Source: Oscillospiraceae bacterium
Lineage (GTDB): Bacteria; Bacillota; Clostridia; Monoglobales; Monoglobaceae
Reading direction: 5' to 3'
DNA: 64,000 bases
NCBI GenBank assembly: GCA_015068655.1
Contig: SVKC01000004.1
Location: 104-64,103, forward strand
Made by a program: the position numbers and the translations under genes. The first letter of the stretch is position 1; every line of letters starts with the position of its first letter. Below the pieces are notes generated by a model, which saw only the letters and a program-made list of their open reading frames with translations, searched no databases and was not told where the DNA came from. Of the stretch, positions 1 through 8,993 are shown piece after piece.

Positions 1-591
1 GCCAAAAATTTCGAGAGCATCCACGGGATTTGCTCTTCCGTATATAATGAGGTTTGCAGGATCCAGATTTATTCCGAGATTGCTGTTTCCAACATCCTGA
101 ATAACTCTCATAAGTGTCACAGGTGTTTCCTGACCTGTTTCAAAGTTCAAATCAAGTCCCAAGCCAAGACAGTAATTTGCTATATGTCTTACACCGTTAA
201 CCACACCCCTGTATTCGGGATAGCAAGGCTGTTCAGGCATAAAGCCCATATGTGTTGCAAGATTGGGTGCTCCAACCATAACCGCAAAATCAGCGTGTTT
301 TTTCAAATCGTCTATTCTCTTTTCACGGTACTCAGGAGGTGTAAGCCCCAAGGTGAGAGGTCCGTCCAGAAAATCCCATACCTGAGGTCCTGACCATCCT
401 CCCCACACCGAGGAAACAGCAATTTTGTCTCCAAGCATTTCTTTTACTTTTTCAGCATTTTCCTTTGTGGAATATTTTGTATCCCACACCGAAAGCTGAA
501 CACATTCAATTCCAAGGGCAAAAAGCAAATCAGGACCCTCATTCAAAAGTCTGTCAAGATTAAATATTACACCTATACGATTATTATACAT
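1..591 (-). CDS. sugar phosphate isomerase/epimerase (xylose-isomerase-like TIM barrel), 3' end cut by window edge
   Basis: Not in the ORF track because there is no stop in the window. Own translation of the minus strand from ATG 591..589 gives MYNNRIGVIFNLDRLLNEGPDLLFALGIECVQLSVW...HMGFMPEQP...NFETGQETP...NLDPANLIIYG. The start overlaps the stop of the upstream oxidoreductase gene by 8 nt. Confidence 0.7.
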   Translation of the reverse strand, partial: MYNNRIGVIFNLDRLLNEGPDLLFALGIECVQLSVWDTKYSTKENAEKVKEMLGDKIAVSSVWGGWSGPQVWDFLDGPLTLGLTPPEYREKRIDDLKKHADFAVMVGAPNLATHMGFMPEQPCYPEYRGVVNGVRHIANYCLGLGLDLNFETGQETPVTLMRVIQDVGNSNLGINLDPANLIIYGRANPVDALEIFG

Positions 592-1600
592 AAACCATTA
601 CTCCCTTTTCAGCTGATTCTTTTTCTGCGTAAGACAGTTCAACCGTGAGCATTGTGCTTTCAGGATTGATAACCTCACTGTCTCTGTTATTTTCTATACA
701 ATCAATAAATTCAAGTATTTCTGCCACATACATATTGTTGTACTCTGCACAGGGAATACTGTAAACCTCTCCGTCTTCAGGATATACACACACAGAACCG
801 TCATCCTTCATTTCAAGTGTTGCCTTTTCACAGTTAACAATTCCTCTTACCACAAACGAAGTTGTCTTTGCCATACTCCAGTCAGTCATTGTGGTTACAT
901 AGAAGCCGTCATAAATAAAGTTTGAGCATATTGACTCATACTTATCCTTCACATGGCTTGCAGCAGAGATGACACTTTTTGGTTTGCCAAACAACCACTG
1001 CATGGTGTCAACATCATGAACATGGAGATCGAGAACCGCACCACCGCTCTTTTCATAGTCCAAAATCCAGTTTTCCCACGACCAAAGGGGCTTTGGTGAG
1101 AATCTTGAAAATTCTGCTCTGATAACCTTTCCGAACTTGCCTTCATCAAGAACCTTCTTGAGATTTACTCTCGGGCTTTCAAAACGGCAGCACTGTCCTA
1201 TCTGGAGCTTTACATTGTTTCTTTTTGCAGCTTCAATCATATTTTTGCAGGTTTCAACGCTTATTGCCATAGGCTTTTCCGAAAATACGTGAATCCCCTT
1301 GTCCATAACCTTTACAGCTACGGTTTCGTGAATGTATGTAGGAAGAGCTGTTACAACAAAGTCAAGTTTTTCCTTTGCCAAAAGCTCATCTACGTCGGTA
1401 TAAAGATTAAACGCCGACACATCAATAGGCGTAGTATCTCCGCCCAGATTTGTTGTAATTTCTTTTGTGAACTGTGTTTCATCAACGTCACAAAGGGCAA
1501 CCAAATTAATATCCGACTTAAATTTGTCCTTAATCTCAAAATAATTTCTGAAATGTACCTTTCCCAGTCCACCAAGACCAATAATAGCATAATTTAACAT
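584..1600 (-). CDS. Gfo/Idh/MocA-family NAD(P)-dependent oxidoreductase
   Basis: 338-aa ORF with an N-terminal Rossmann motif (MLNYAIIGLGGLGKVH) and the family-typical EKP motif (VFSEKPMA). GGAGGA RBS upstream of the ATG. No signal peptide. Confidence 0.85.
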   Translation of the reverse strand: MLNYAIIGLGGLGKVHFRNYFEIKDKFKSDINLVALCDVDETQFTKEITTNLGGDTTPIDVSAFNLYTDVDELLAKEKLDFVVTALPTYIHETVAVKVMDKGIHVFSEKPMAISVETCKNMIEAAKRNNVKLQIGQCCRFESPRVNLKKVLDEGKFGKVIRAEFSRFSPKPLWSWENWILDYEKSGGAVLDLHVHDVDTMQWLFGKPKSVISAASHVKDKYESICSNFIYDGFYVTTMTDWSMAKTTSFVVRGIVNCEKATLEMKDDGSVCVYPEDGEVYSIPCAEYNNMYVAEILEFIDCIENNRDSEVINPESTMLTVELSYAEKESAEKGVMVYV

Positions 1601-1626
1601 TTTTTCTTCCTCCTTTTTATATTATA

Positions 1627-2286
1627 TCACAACAAACGGTTTCTATCAAAGCCTGTATGCTTTAAAAACTCATTTGCAATAATCATCGCACCTGACTGAT
1701 TGGGATGAACTCTGTCCCAGGCAATGAAGCTTGAATGTCTGTGCTTGAAGTATTCGTCAAAAGCACTCTGCAAATCCACATATATGCATCCGTATTTTTC
1801 CGAAAGCTCCTTCAGTATTGCACCGTATTCATCAAGACGCTTTCTGAGCGGGTCCTCCTTGTACGGCTCCATATATACAGGAGTCATAAGAAATATTCCC
1901 TTTGTTTTATCCTTGATTTTCTCAATCATTTCCGTAATATTCGCGCGAAATTCCTCAGGGCTCACCTGATCCTCAACAATCGCAGGTGTGTCAAACTGAC
2001 GCCATACGTCGTTTACCCCAATGAGAATGCTCACCCACTGAGCATTCAATGCCACAACATCCTCATCAAAACGTTTGAGAAGGTCCTTGCTGCTGTCACC
2101 GCTGTTTCCGGTGTTTGATATACGCAAGTTAAGCTCAGGATAAAAAATATTCAAGAAGCTTTCAACAGTTCTCACATATCCGGGACCGACACCCTCACCC
2201 AAGCCTTCGCCCACGGGTCTGCGGCGTCCGAAGTCGGTTACAGAATCTCCTGTAAAAAGTATTCTGTCATTCTTTTCAAAAATCAT
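1627..2286 (-). CDS. SGNH/GDSL-family hydrolase (cytoplasmic esterase/deacetylase)
   Basis: GDS block (ILFTGDSVTDFG), GxND block (LIGVNDV) and C-terminal DxxH (DRVHPN). The ORF-track start at 2295 is a GTG inside the RBS. ATG at 2286 (MIFEKND...) lies 7 nt after GGAG. Confidence 0.85.
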   Translation of the reverse strand: MIFEKNDRILFTGDSVTDFGRRRPVGEGLGEGVGPGYVRTVESFLNIFYPELNLRISNTGNSGDSSKDLLKRFDEDVVALNAQWVSILIGVNDVWRQFDTPAIVEDQVSPEEFRANITEMIEKIKDKTKGIFLMTPVYMEPYKEDPLRKRLDEYGAILKELSEKYGCIYVDLQSAFDEYFKHRHSSFIAWDRVHPNQSGAMIIANEFLKHTGFDRNRLL

Positions 2287-2306
2287 ATAAAACACTCCTT
2301 TTTATG

Positions 2307-3140
2307 TTAAAGCTCAATTTTTCCCAAAATAATATCCATAGCAACCGACGAAGTATAAAGTGTTGAATTTTTATAATACTTAGTGGGAGGAAGCTCTGCT
2401 GTAACCCAATCGTCATAACCAATCTCAGCAAGCGCCTTCATAACCTCAGGATAATTCACATCGCCCTCAAGCAAATCAACAAAATTGTGGGTTGCTATCT
2501 GATAATCCTTGAAATGAACCTTTTTGATTTTGTCCTTCAGACATCTTATCCAATGCTCAGGATACCCGAACATCATTACGTTGCCCACATCAAAATAACA
2601 GTTCACATATTTACTGCCGACTTTATCAAGAAAATCCTTGAACTCAACGGGCGAATTAAGCAGCTTGTTGTGTACATTTTCGAGTGCAAGATTCACGCCA
2701 TACTTTTCAGCGTAGGGAGCAAGTTCGCCAACAGCTTCAAGTGCCCGTTCATAAGCCTCAGCATAATCAACAGGCTCAAAGCCCGGAAGAAAATCGCAAC
2801 CTACAATGCCGGGAAGTGCCAGAATGGTGTCACACTCAAGCATATTTGCCATTTCCAGCTGACGTATAATATGCGCTTTCGCTGTTTCTCTGTTTTCACT
2901 GTCAGGAGACGTAAGCGAATAAAGCCAGCAGGTAGAATCACTCAAGCTGTATAGTTCAAGACCTATTTCCTTTGCATAACTCTTGACCTTTTCTATATCA
3001 CTGTCCGTTGATGTAAAGTCCAGCTGCGAGCCAACAGTTATACTCAATTCCGCTCCGTCAAAGCCTGCTTTTTTTGCACAATCCATTTTTTCAAATAGTG
3101 TGTCGCCCAAAACAGACCCAATACACATTCCTTTTTTCAT
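2307..3140 (-). CDS. sugar phosphate isomerase/epimerase (xylose-isomerase-like TIM barrel)
   Basis: Motifs ALEN, FDVGN and HFKD are typical of AP-endonuclease-2/UlaE-like TIM barrels. The ATG at 3146 forms an ATGA overlap with the upstream stop. The ATG at 3140 has better GGAGG spacing. Confidence 0.8.
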   Translation of the reverse strand: MKKGMCIGSVLGDTLFEKMDCAKKAGFDGAELSITVGSQLDFTSTDSDIEKVKSYAKEIGLELYSLSDSTCWLYSLTSPDSENRETAKAHIIRQLEMANMLECDTILALPGIVGCDFLPGFEPVDYAEAYERALEAVGELAPYAEKYGVNLALENVHNKLLNSPVEFKDFLDKVGSKYVNCYFDVGNVMMFGYPEHWIRCLKDKIKKVHFKDYQIATHNFVDLLEGDVNYPEVMKALAEIGYDDWVTAELPPTKYYKNSTLYTSSVAMDIILGKIEL

Positions 3141-3142
3141 AA

Positions 3143-6100
3143 TCATTCCTCCACTTTATTGATATTATCTAAAAATGCCTTTATAGCATTTGTGAGCCTG
3201 ATTCTCTCTTCAACAACCAAAGTACGGTCAGCCGAAGCCCCCATATTCTGTATAGCTTCCGCATCTTCTATTACAGAACGCAAGGTCGCTTTTTCTTCTT
3301 CGGATGCATTGGGATACATTGCAAGTACGTTTTCCGCCTCCAAAATCTTTCTTGTCAGATAATTCGGTATAAGCACCTCTCTTGTTGGCATTGAAAGAAT
3401 ATTGGGATTGTTCTCTTCGATTATGTTTCCGTACATATCTTCAAAGGTCAGGTGAAAACGTCTTTGCGGCACCTTGCTTGCAAGCGAAGCATAGTCTCCT
3501 GTAAGCCCCGCTCCCGCAATTATCTGCGCCGCCTGTTCAGGAACATCAATCCCTGCAAATACAATCGGAGCCTCAACAGTGCAGTTTGCACCCTTGTCAA
3601 CATAATATCCGTTTGTACTGTAGTTGTTTTCAACTGTCAGGTCATACTGTTTGTTTGAATGAATATGGAAAGCCATATCTATATCCTCAAACACATTGTC
3701 GTGTACATATGTATATGCCGAACCGCTGTCAGGATAATAAGCCCCGTATGCATTTACCTGATTTTTGATGTAGTTTCCGAAAATCTCACTTCCCGGCTCC
3801 TGACCGAGAGTATATATTCCGCCTGCATCATAGGAACGCTGTGCGTAGTCCTCAATACGATTGTTTTTCACAACTGTATTTTTGCTTGTTACAGAATCAG
3901 CTGTACCTGTCCAGCCCCAGCCAAAGCATATGCCCGAATAGGGTATGTCACAAATATAATTTGAACTGATTTCGGTTGCTTCGGTATAATATGCCTGAAT
4001 ACCGGGAGCGCCCCAGTTGTAATCCCCGATTCTCGTAATATAGTTATTTGAAATTACGTTATTTTTGCACACCGCTTTTGAAGGAGTTGTTTCATCCTTT
4101 GAGATAATTTCAATCTCAGGTAAATAAAAGTAGGTGTTTTTGGTCTTTCTGACTCTTACATAACGGTATTTTTCAGAATCAGTAACATCTGCTGTTATGT
4201 CTCCGCTCTCGGTGTACTTTTCATCTGTAATATCACCAATGCTGTAAAGCACAGTATAATTGGAAAAATCTTCACTGTTTGACGCAAGAATTTCAAAATC
4301 TGTTCTTTCGGACTTCGTGGCTCTTTGTTTCAAGATAATCTTATCAATTTCATATGGTTTTTCCAAATCAACCTGCCAATATTCATTGGTGTAATTCGTA
4401 ACCCCCGGAACATATGTCCGCACATCATAAATATTCCAACCTCTCAGGTCGTCACCATCATTGGCATAAGCGGCATAATTCCCTATTTCGTTTACAGTCG
4501 AAGTAACCTTTTTGTTGTAAGCAACATTTTTTCCGTCTGTCAAGTCCTCCATATAAGCATCCTGAGGAGTTCCGACGGTTACAGCAGAATCACCGATGTC
4601 GCTGAATGCATTTCCGTTTATCAAAACATTTTCAGCACCGTCATAAAGTCCGATAGCAACCTTCGCAAGACCCGTGAATACGCTGTTTTCAAATTGAATA
4701 TTTTCTGCTGCCGCAACTGTTATGTTCGCATCAACTATTATATTTCCCGGAGCATATGCAGATTCAGGAATCTCAAACACAACCTGCGTCTGAGCCTGGT
4801 CGCCGAGAAAGCCTTTGTCGAAGTCCGTGTTTGTTGCATGAGCAAAGGTTATACCGTCAAAGCTTATGTTTTTCACCTTGTTGTCAAGGTTACTGCCTTT
4901 TATTCTCACAAGCTCGTCAAGTCTGGGTACGTACACAGAGGCAGTTTCCATATTTTCATTTTCAAAAGGCTTGTAGTACAAAACTCTCGTCTTTTTATCA
5001 AAATAAAATTCACCTTCGGTATCCAAAAGCTCCAACGCATTTTCCGCATAAAACTTGTTCTGCAACGTCAGCCAGAATATATGATACATTTTTCCGTCAA
5101 CAGGAGAGGATGTACTTTCATCCGGCTCAAAGGTCGTCATAAGCTCAAAAGGAATATCATCCATCAGCACAAGGGTTTGCCCGTTTCCTGCATCAGAAAG
5201 ACTTTTCACATTAATGGTAACCGAAGTCCATCCTCTCGAATAATGAAGCTGCATATCCTCAGGATTGGAAAATAATCCAATGTCCGATGAGTTTACGTAA
5301 TATCCAAGCTTCTTTCCGTCAACCTCATACATCGAACTGGGACTGATTTTTGTTTCGCTCTTTGCTCTCACAGCCTTATTGCCGTTTATGTACAGCTCAC
5401 GTATGGTCATTATGTCATCGTCAGTCACGCGTGTGGAATAAATCCCGTCACCGTCTTCATCCGAAAAGCCCTCGATTTTGCTTCCGCCTGAAATCACAAC
5501 ATTTTCGTTGTTGTATGCCTGATAATTGACGAAGTATCCGTTCTTACCCCCGTCCTCTTCCGAAAATACAAGGGTGTCGTCAAGCTCGTATGTTCCTTCC
5601 ATAAGATAAACATTTACATCCTCCGACATACCGCTGTTAAAGGTTCTTATTTCGCTTTGTGCTCTTTCAATTGTTGCAAAGGGCTTGTCAAGAGTTCCAG
5701 CCGCCGAATCATTACCATTTTTCGCAGAGACATAAATATTTTTGATATTACCCTTGTAAACCTTATTCTGTGCAAGAGGTGTCAAAGAATCCCTTTTCCA
5801 TACAAAAACTTTTATCTCTGAATCGTAAAGCTGCGGGTCTATGGAAAAGGGCATAACTACCTCTTTGGTATTCCCCGACTCAATCTCTGCATCTTCCCAT
5901 TCGGTATTTTTGAGCATACCTGTTGATGTGTACTGAGCCGCACATATAATCACACTCTGTTTTTCCGAAGAAAAGTTTGATATATTTGCCTTCACCGACG
6001 CCTCGGTCAGATTATGAAAATTATCTATGCTGCTGCCGCTTCCGTCAGCAGACTCATGCAATGTCACAGAATTTACTGCCAGTGCCGAAAGAGTTTCATA

Positions 6101-7486
6101 ATCTATTTCCACAGGTTCAGCAAGAGCAACATTCTTTTTGTTTTTTATTGTATTTTCAATGGTAAGGGTATATGAAAGCTCCTTGTTTGCCCTGGAAATA
6201 TCAACTGTATAGGTATATTCATCCTTTTTGGCTACATCCGCATTGAGAACATCACCGTTGCTGTCTGTGAGATATACACTTGAAGAACTAACTGTATCAG
6301 CATTCATTTCATCGCTGAAGTTTATAGTAAGCAAGCCATCCGAAAAGTCAACATCATTCACAACAGGATTAATCTCATACAAGGAAAAAGTTGAAAGAGC
6401 CGCACCCGTGGACATTCTTTTTTTGTATGTGAAATATCTGTATGCCTGGCTGTCATCAACCGTAGCACTGAATTTTCCCGCCTTGCCGTAAAGTGTTTCG
6501 TTTCCGGCAGGTACATATACCGCAGGAAAGGTTACCTGGCTGTCTATGGCATTCGCCATACTTCCCAATTTTATAAGTTTCTGAAAGCCCGCCGAGGCAA
6601 TTTCAGCTTCATCGGGTGCACTGTGAACATCAAAAATACTATTTTCTGTATCTTCGGTGTTGCTTCCGTATATATTGATATAGCTTCTGCTCCAATAATC
6701 GTCCTGTCTGTCGTCTATAGAAAAATCTCTTCCCGACATTTCAATCATACCGATATGATGTTTCTCCCCAAGGTCAACTCTCATATATCTATATGCATTT
6801 CCATCCTCAACCCAGCAGGTTGCGGTATTTCCGTCAAATGCTGTTTCAGGCGGTGCAAAATCATAAACCCAATGGGCATCATCCGAAAGTGCATCGCTTA
6901 TAATACTATCTGCACCTATTCCTCTTGCAATATCGGTAGCAGTCTGATTTGCCCATACTTTTATTTCAGCATACTGATAATCACCGCTTCCTGTTCGTTG
7001 AATTCTTATATATCTGTACGCCTTCTCTCCATCTGTCACAACCTCAAAAGCACCTTGATGAGGAAATATATCATCATTCTTTTCCGCAAGACTTCCGAGA
7101 GTTACAGCGTCCGAAAAATCCGGATTGTTTGCTGCAATAACATCAATAAACCTGCGTCCGTCCTGTGCATCATAATCATAACGGTCAAAAAGCTCAATTT
7201 TTTGAACCTTGTATCTTCTGAGAAGGTCTATTGTAAAAGCTTCCTTTCCTGCTCTTTCCGCACCAAACTCCGAAACTGTATAGCTTGCTCTGTCTCCGTC
7301 AGTGAGATTGGATACCTCCCACCCGGGTATTGTATGTGCATCCGGGTCGCTTGATGTTGTTGGTTTGTTCTGAGCTACGTTGGCAAGCTCCGTTTTCGTT
7401 ACGGGAAACTCTGCCGCCATAGCGGTCAGCGAAAGAAGTAAAACCAAAACCGTACATATGAATACCGATATTTTCAAAGCTTTCAA
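3143..7486 (-). CDS. protein A: secreted multidomain protein (2x discoidin, Ig-like, beta-sandwich, right-handed beta-helix with a nested discoidin domain); putative glycan-active enzyme
   Basis: Signal peptide (KALKISVFICTVLVLLLSLTAMA). Discoidin-type blocks include NLTDGD...AYRYIRIQ...YAEIKVWA. Beta-helix repeats include NVISNNYITRIG and YSGICFGWGW. The ORF-track start at 7495 is a GTG fused to GGAGG. TTG at 7486 sits 8 nt after GGAGG and gives a clean signal peptide. Confidence 0.8.
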   Translation of the reverse strand: MKALKISVFICTVLVLLLSLTAMAAEFPVTKTELANVAQNKPTTSSDPDAHTIPGWEVSNLTDGDRASYTVSEFGAERAGKEAFTIDLLRRYKVQKIELFDRYDYDAQDGRRFIDVIAANNPDFSDAVTLGSLAEKNDDIFPHQGAFEVVTDGEKAYRYIRIQRTGSGDYQYAEIKVWANQTATDIARGIGADSIISDALSDDAHWVYDFAPPETAFDGNTATCWVEDGNAYRYMRVDLGEKHHIGMIEMSGRDFSIDDRQDDYWSRSYINIYGSNTEDTENSIFDVHSAPDEAEIASAGFQKLIKLGSMANAIDSQVTFPAVYVPAGNETLYGKAGKFSATVDDSQAYRYFTYKKRMSTGAALSTFSLYEINPVVNDVDFSDGLLTINFSDEMNADTVSSSSVYLTDSNGDVLNADVAKKDEYTYTVDISRANKELSYTLTIENTIKNKKNVALAEPVEIDYETLSALAVNSVTLHESADGSGSSIDNFHNLTEASVKANISNFSSEKQSVIICAAQYTSTGMLKNTEWEDAEIESGNTKEVVMPFSIDPQLYDSEIKVFVWKRDSLTPLAQNKVYKGNIKNIYVSAKNGNDSAAGTLDKPFATIERAQSEIRTFNSGMSEDVNVYLMEGTYELDDTLVFSEEDGGKNGYFVNYQAYNNENVVISGGSKIEGFSDEDGDGIYSTRVTDDDIMTIRELYINGNKAVRAKSETKISPSSMYEVDGKKLGYYVNSSDIGLFSNPEDMQLHYSRGWTSVTINVKSLSDAGNGQTLVLMDDIPFELMTTFEPDESTSSPVDGKMYHIFWLTLQNKFYAENALELLDTEGEFYFDKKTRVLYYKPFENENMETASVYVPRLDELVRIKGSNLDNKVKNISFDGITFAHATNTDFDKGFLGDQAQTQVVFEIPESAYAPGNIIVDANITVAAAENIQFENSVFTGLAKVAIGLYDGAENVLINGNAFSDIGDSAVTVGTPQDAYMEDLTDGKNVAYNKKVTSTVNEIGNYAAYANDGDDLRGWNIYDVRTYVPGVTNYTNEYWQVDLEKPYEIDKIILKQRATKSERTDFEILASNSEDFSNYTVLYSIGDITDEKYTESGDITADVTDSEKYRYVRVRKTKNTYFYLPEIEIISKDETTPSKAVCKNNVISNNYITRIGDYNWGAPGIQAYYTEATEISSNYICDIPYSGICFGWGWTGTADSVTSKNTVVKNNRIEDYAQRSYDAGGIYTLGQEPGSEIFGNYIKNQVNAYGAYYPDSGSAYTYVHDNVFEDIDMAFHIHSNKQYDLTVENNYSTNGYYVDKGANCTVEAPIVFAGIDVPEQAAQIIAGAGLTGDYASLASKVPQRRFHLTFEDMYGNIIEENNPNILSMPTREVLIPNYLTRKILEAENVLAMYPNASEEEKATLRSVIEDAEAIQNMGASADRTLVVEERIRLTNAIKAFLDNINKVEE

Positions 7487-7503
7487 TGTGCGCACCTCCG
7501 CAA

Positions 7504-8973
7504 TTAATCTATCAGACCTGAAACAATCTTTGCCGCCTGTGCTCTTGTTGTATAAGCCCGGGGAAGAAAGCTGTTCTCACCCATACCATTTACTACACCG
7601 GCCATCTGAAGAGTTTTTACCGCCTCTTTGGCATATAAAGAAATATCTTCGCTGTCACTGAAAACTATCTCATTTGAGGATGCTTCAAGAATAACGCCTT
7701 CATTATTCGCAGCACGCAGAATCATTACACAGAAATCCTCACGTGTAATATTATCATCAGCTCCTGCATTGCCGTTTTCGTAACCCTTTATGATTCCTTT
7801 TTCAAAGGCCGTTGCAATGTATGGATACATCCATGAAGCTCTGCCAACATCCCCAAAATCACATTCTGCATTGCTGGCAACTCCGCCAAAAGCAAGCACC
7901 AGCAACTTTACCGCCTCTGCTCTTGTAAGACAGTCCTCAGGAGCAAATACTCCCTCCGCCTTGCCGTTTATGATACCCTTGTTATAAAGCTTTATGATAC
8001 TGTCTTCCGCCCACAAATGAGCCGTTAAGTCTCCAAAGGGTGCTGCGGGCTTTGCCGTTTCGGAAGCAGATGGATTTCCCGACCAGCTCACAGTGTTTCC
8101 CGAGCCGCTGCCGCCTGAACCACTTCCGCCCGTTGAGCCGCCTGAAGTCTCTGTGCTTTTTTTCGCCTGCTTCACAGCATTGTCAAAGGCTTCTTTAAAT
8201 TCTGTATCGCTTTCATAAAGATTTCCCACAAGCTCCTTGAATACTTTGTCCTGTTCGCTCTCAGAAAGCAAATTATACTTATTCAGTTCAAGACCAAGGA
8301 GAGTTGCATCAGAAATAATAATATCTTCAAGAGTTCCCCACGGACCTGTCTTCACCTTGTAAATATCTGTATACATGTCAAATTTGTCTTTAAACTCGTC
8401 AAGACCGCTGTATGTTTTGTCGGCAAGCTTTGACAGCACGTATTTCGTACCCTTGCTGTCAAAGTGTCCGTAAATGCTCTTGTCATCTGTATCAAGACCG
8501 TATACATCGTTGTACATTTCTATATAACTTTGTATTTCTTCGTGGCTTGCATTGTTCAAAAGAGCTGTCGCCTGTTCAACTGTACCAACAGGAATTGCCC
8601 CGTCGTATGCCACATCCTCCTTTGCTATACGAACAATATACTTGCCGGGAGCATAGCTTGTGGGAATAACAAAATTCTCAAAGGAAAATGCATCTTCATC
8701 AAGCATAACTTCATCAACATGCACACCGCAGGTCAAAAATGTTTCTTCACCGCTTATGAGCTTTTTTACATCCGTTTCCGGCTTTAACACTACAAGCCGG
8801 ACCGGTTCAGACATATTCTCCGCAAAAGGAGCCTTGCCACTTATACTTACAGTGCCTGTTGCTCTGTCATAATCAACAGTAATATCGGTAAATTTGGCAT
8901 TGCTTGCGCTTGTGTTCAAAAAAGACAAGCAAAAAACCAAACACAGGCATATACTGAAAATCCTTAATTTCAT
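7504..8973 (-). CDS. protein B: secreted protein with Gly/Ser linker and three C-terminal SLH domains (cell-wall anchored)
   Basis: Signal peptide (MKLRIFSICLCLVFCLSFLNTSA). Linker GGSTGGSGSGGSGSG. SLH-type repeats include FGDLTAHLWAEDSIIKLYNKGIINGKAEGVFAPEDCLTRAEA, FGDVGRASWMYPYIATAFEKGIIKGY and FSDSEDISLYAKEAVKTLQMAGVVNGMG. Confidence 0.85.
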   Translation of the reverse strand: MKLRIFSICLCLVFCLSFLNTSASNAKFTDITVDYDRATGTVSISGKAPFAENMSEPVRLVVLKPETDVKKLISGEETFLTCGVHVDEVMLDEDAFSFENFVIPTSYAPGKYIVRIAKEDVAYDGAIPVGTVEQATALLNNASHEEIQSYIEMYNDVYGLDTDDKSIYGHFDSKGTKYVLSKLADKTYSGLDEFKDKFDMYTDIYKVKTGPWGTLEDIIISDATLLGLELNKYNLLSESEQDKVFKELVGNLYESDTEFKEAFDNAVKQAKKSTETSGGSTGGSGSGGSGSGNTVSWSGNPSASETAKPAAPFGDLTAHLWAEDSIIKLYNKGIINGKAEGVFAPEDCLTRAEAVKLLVLAFGGVASNAECDFGDVGRASWMYPYIATAFEKGIIKGYENGNAGADDNITREDFCVMILRAANNEGVILEASSNEIVFSDSEDISLYAKEAVKTLQMAGVVNGMGENSFLPRAYTTRAQAAKIVSGLID

Positions 8974-8993
8974 ATATTTATACCCCTTTCACA

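Noticed and set aside
4325-5275. 316-aa plus-strand ORF, with similar long antisense ORFs at 6623..7354, 9888..10310, 13053..13685, 2487..2954 and 20085..20492
   Set aside because: All are fully nested antisense to well-supported minus-strand genes. Their translations are low-complexity I/F/L/K/N/R-rich strings with no RBS and no recognisable motifs. This is the expected mirror-frame artefact of AT-biased coding sequence.
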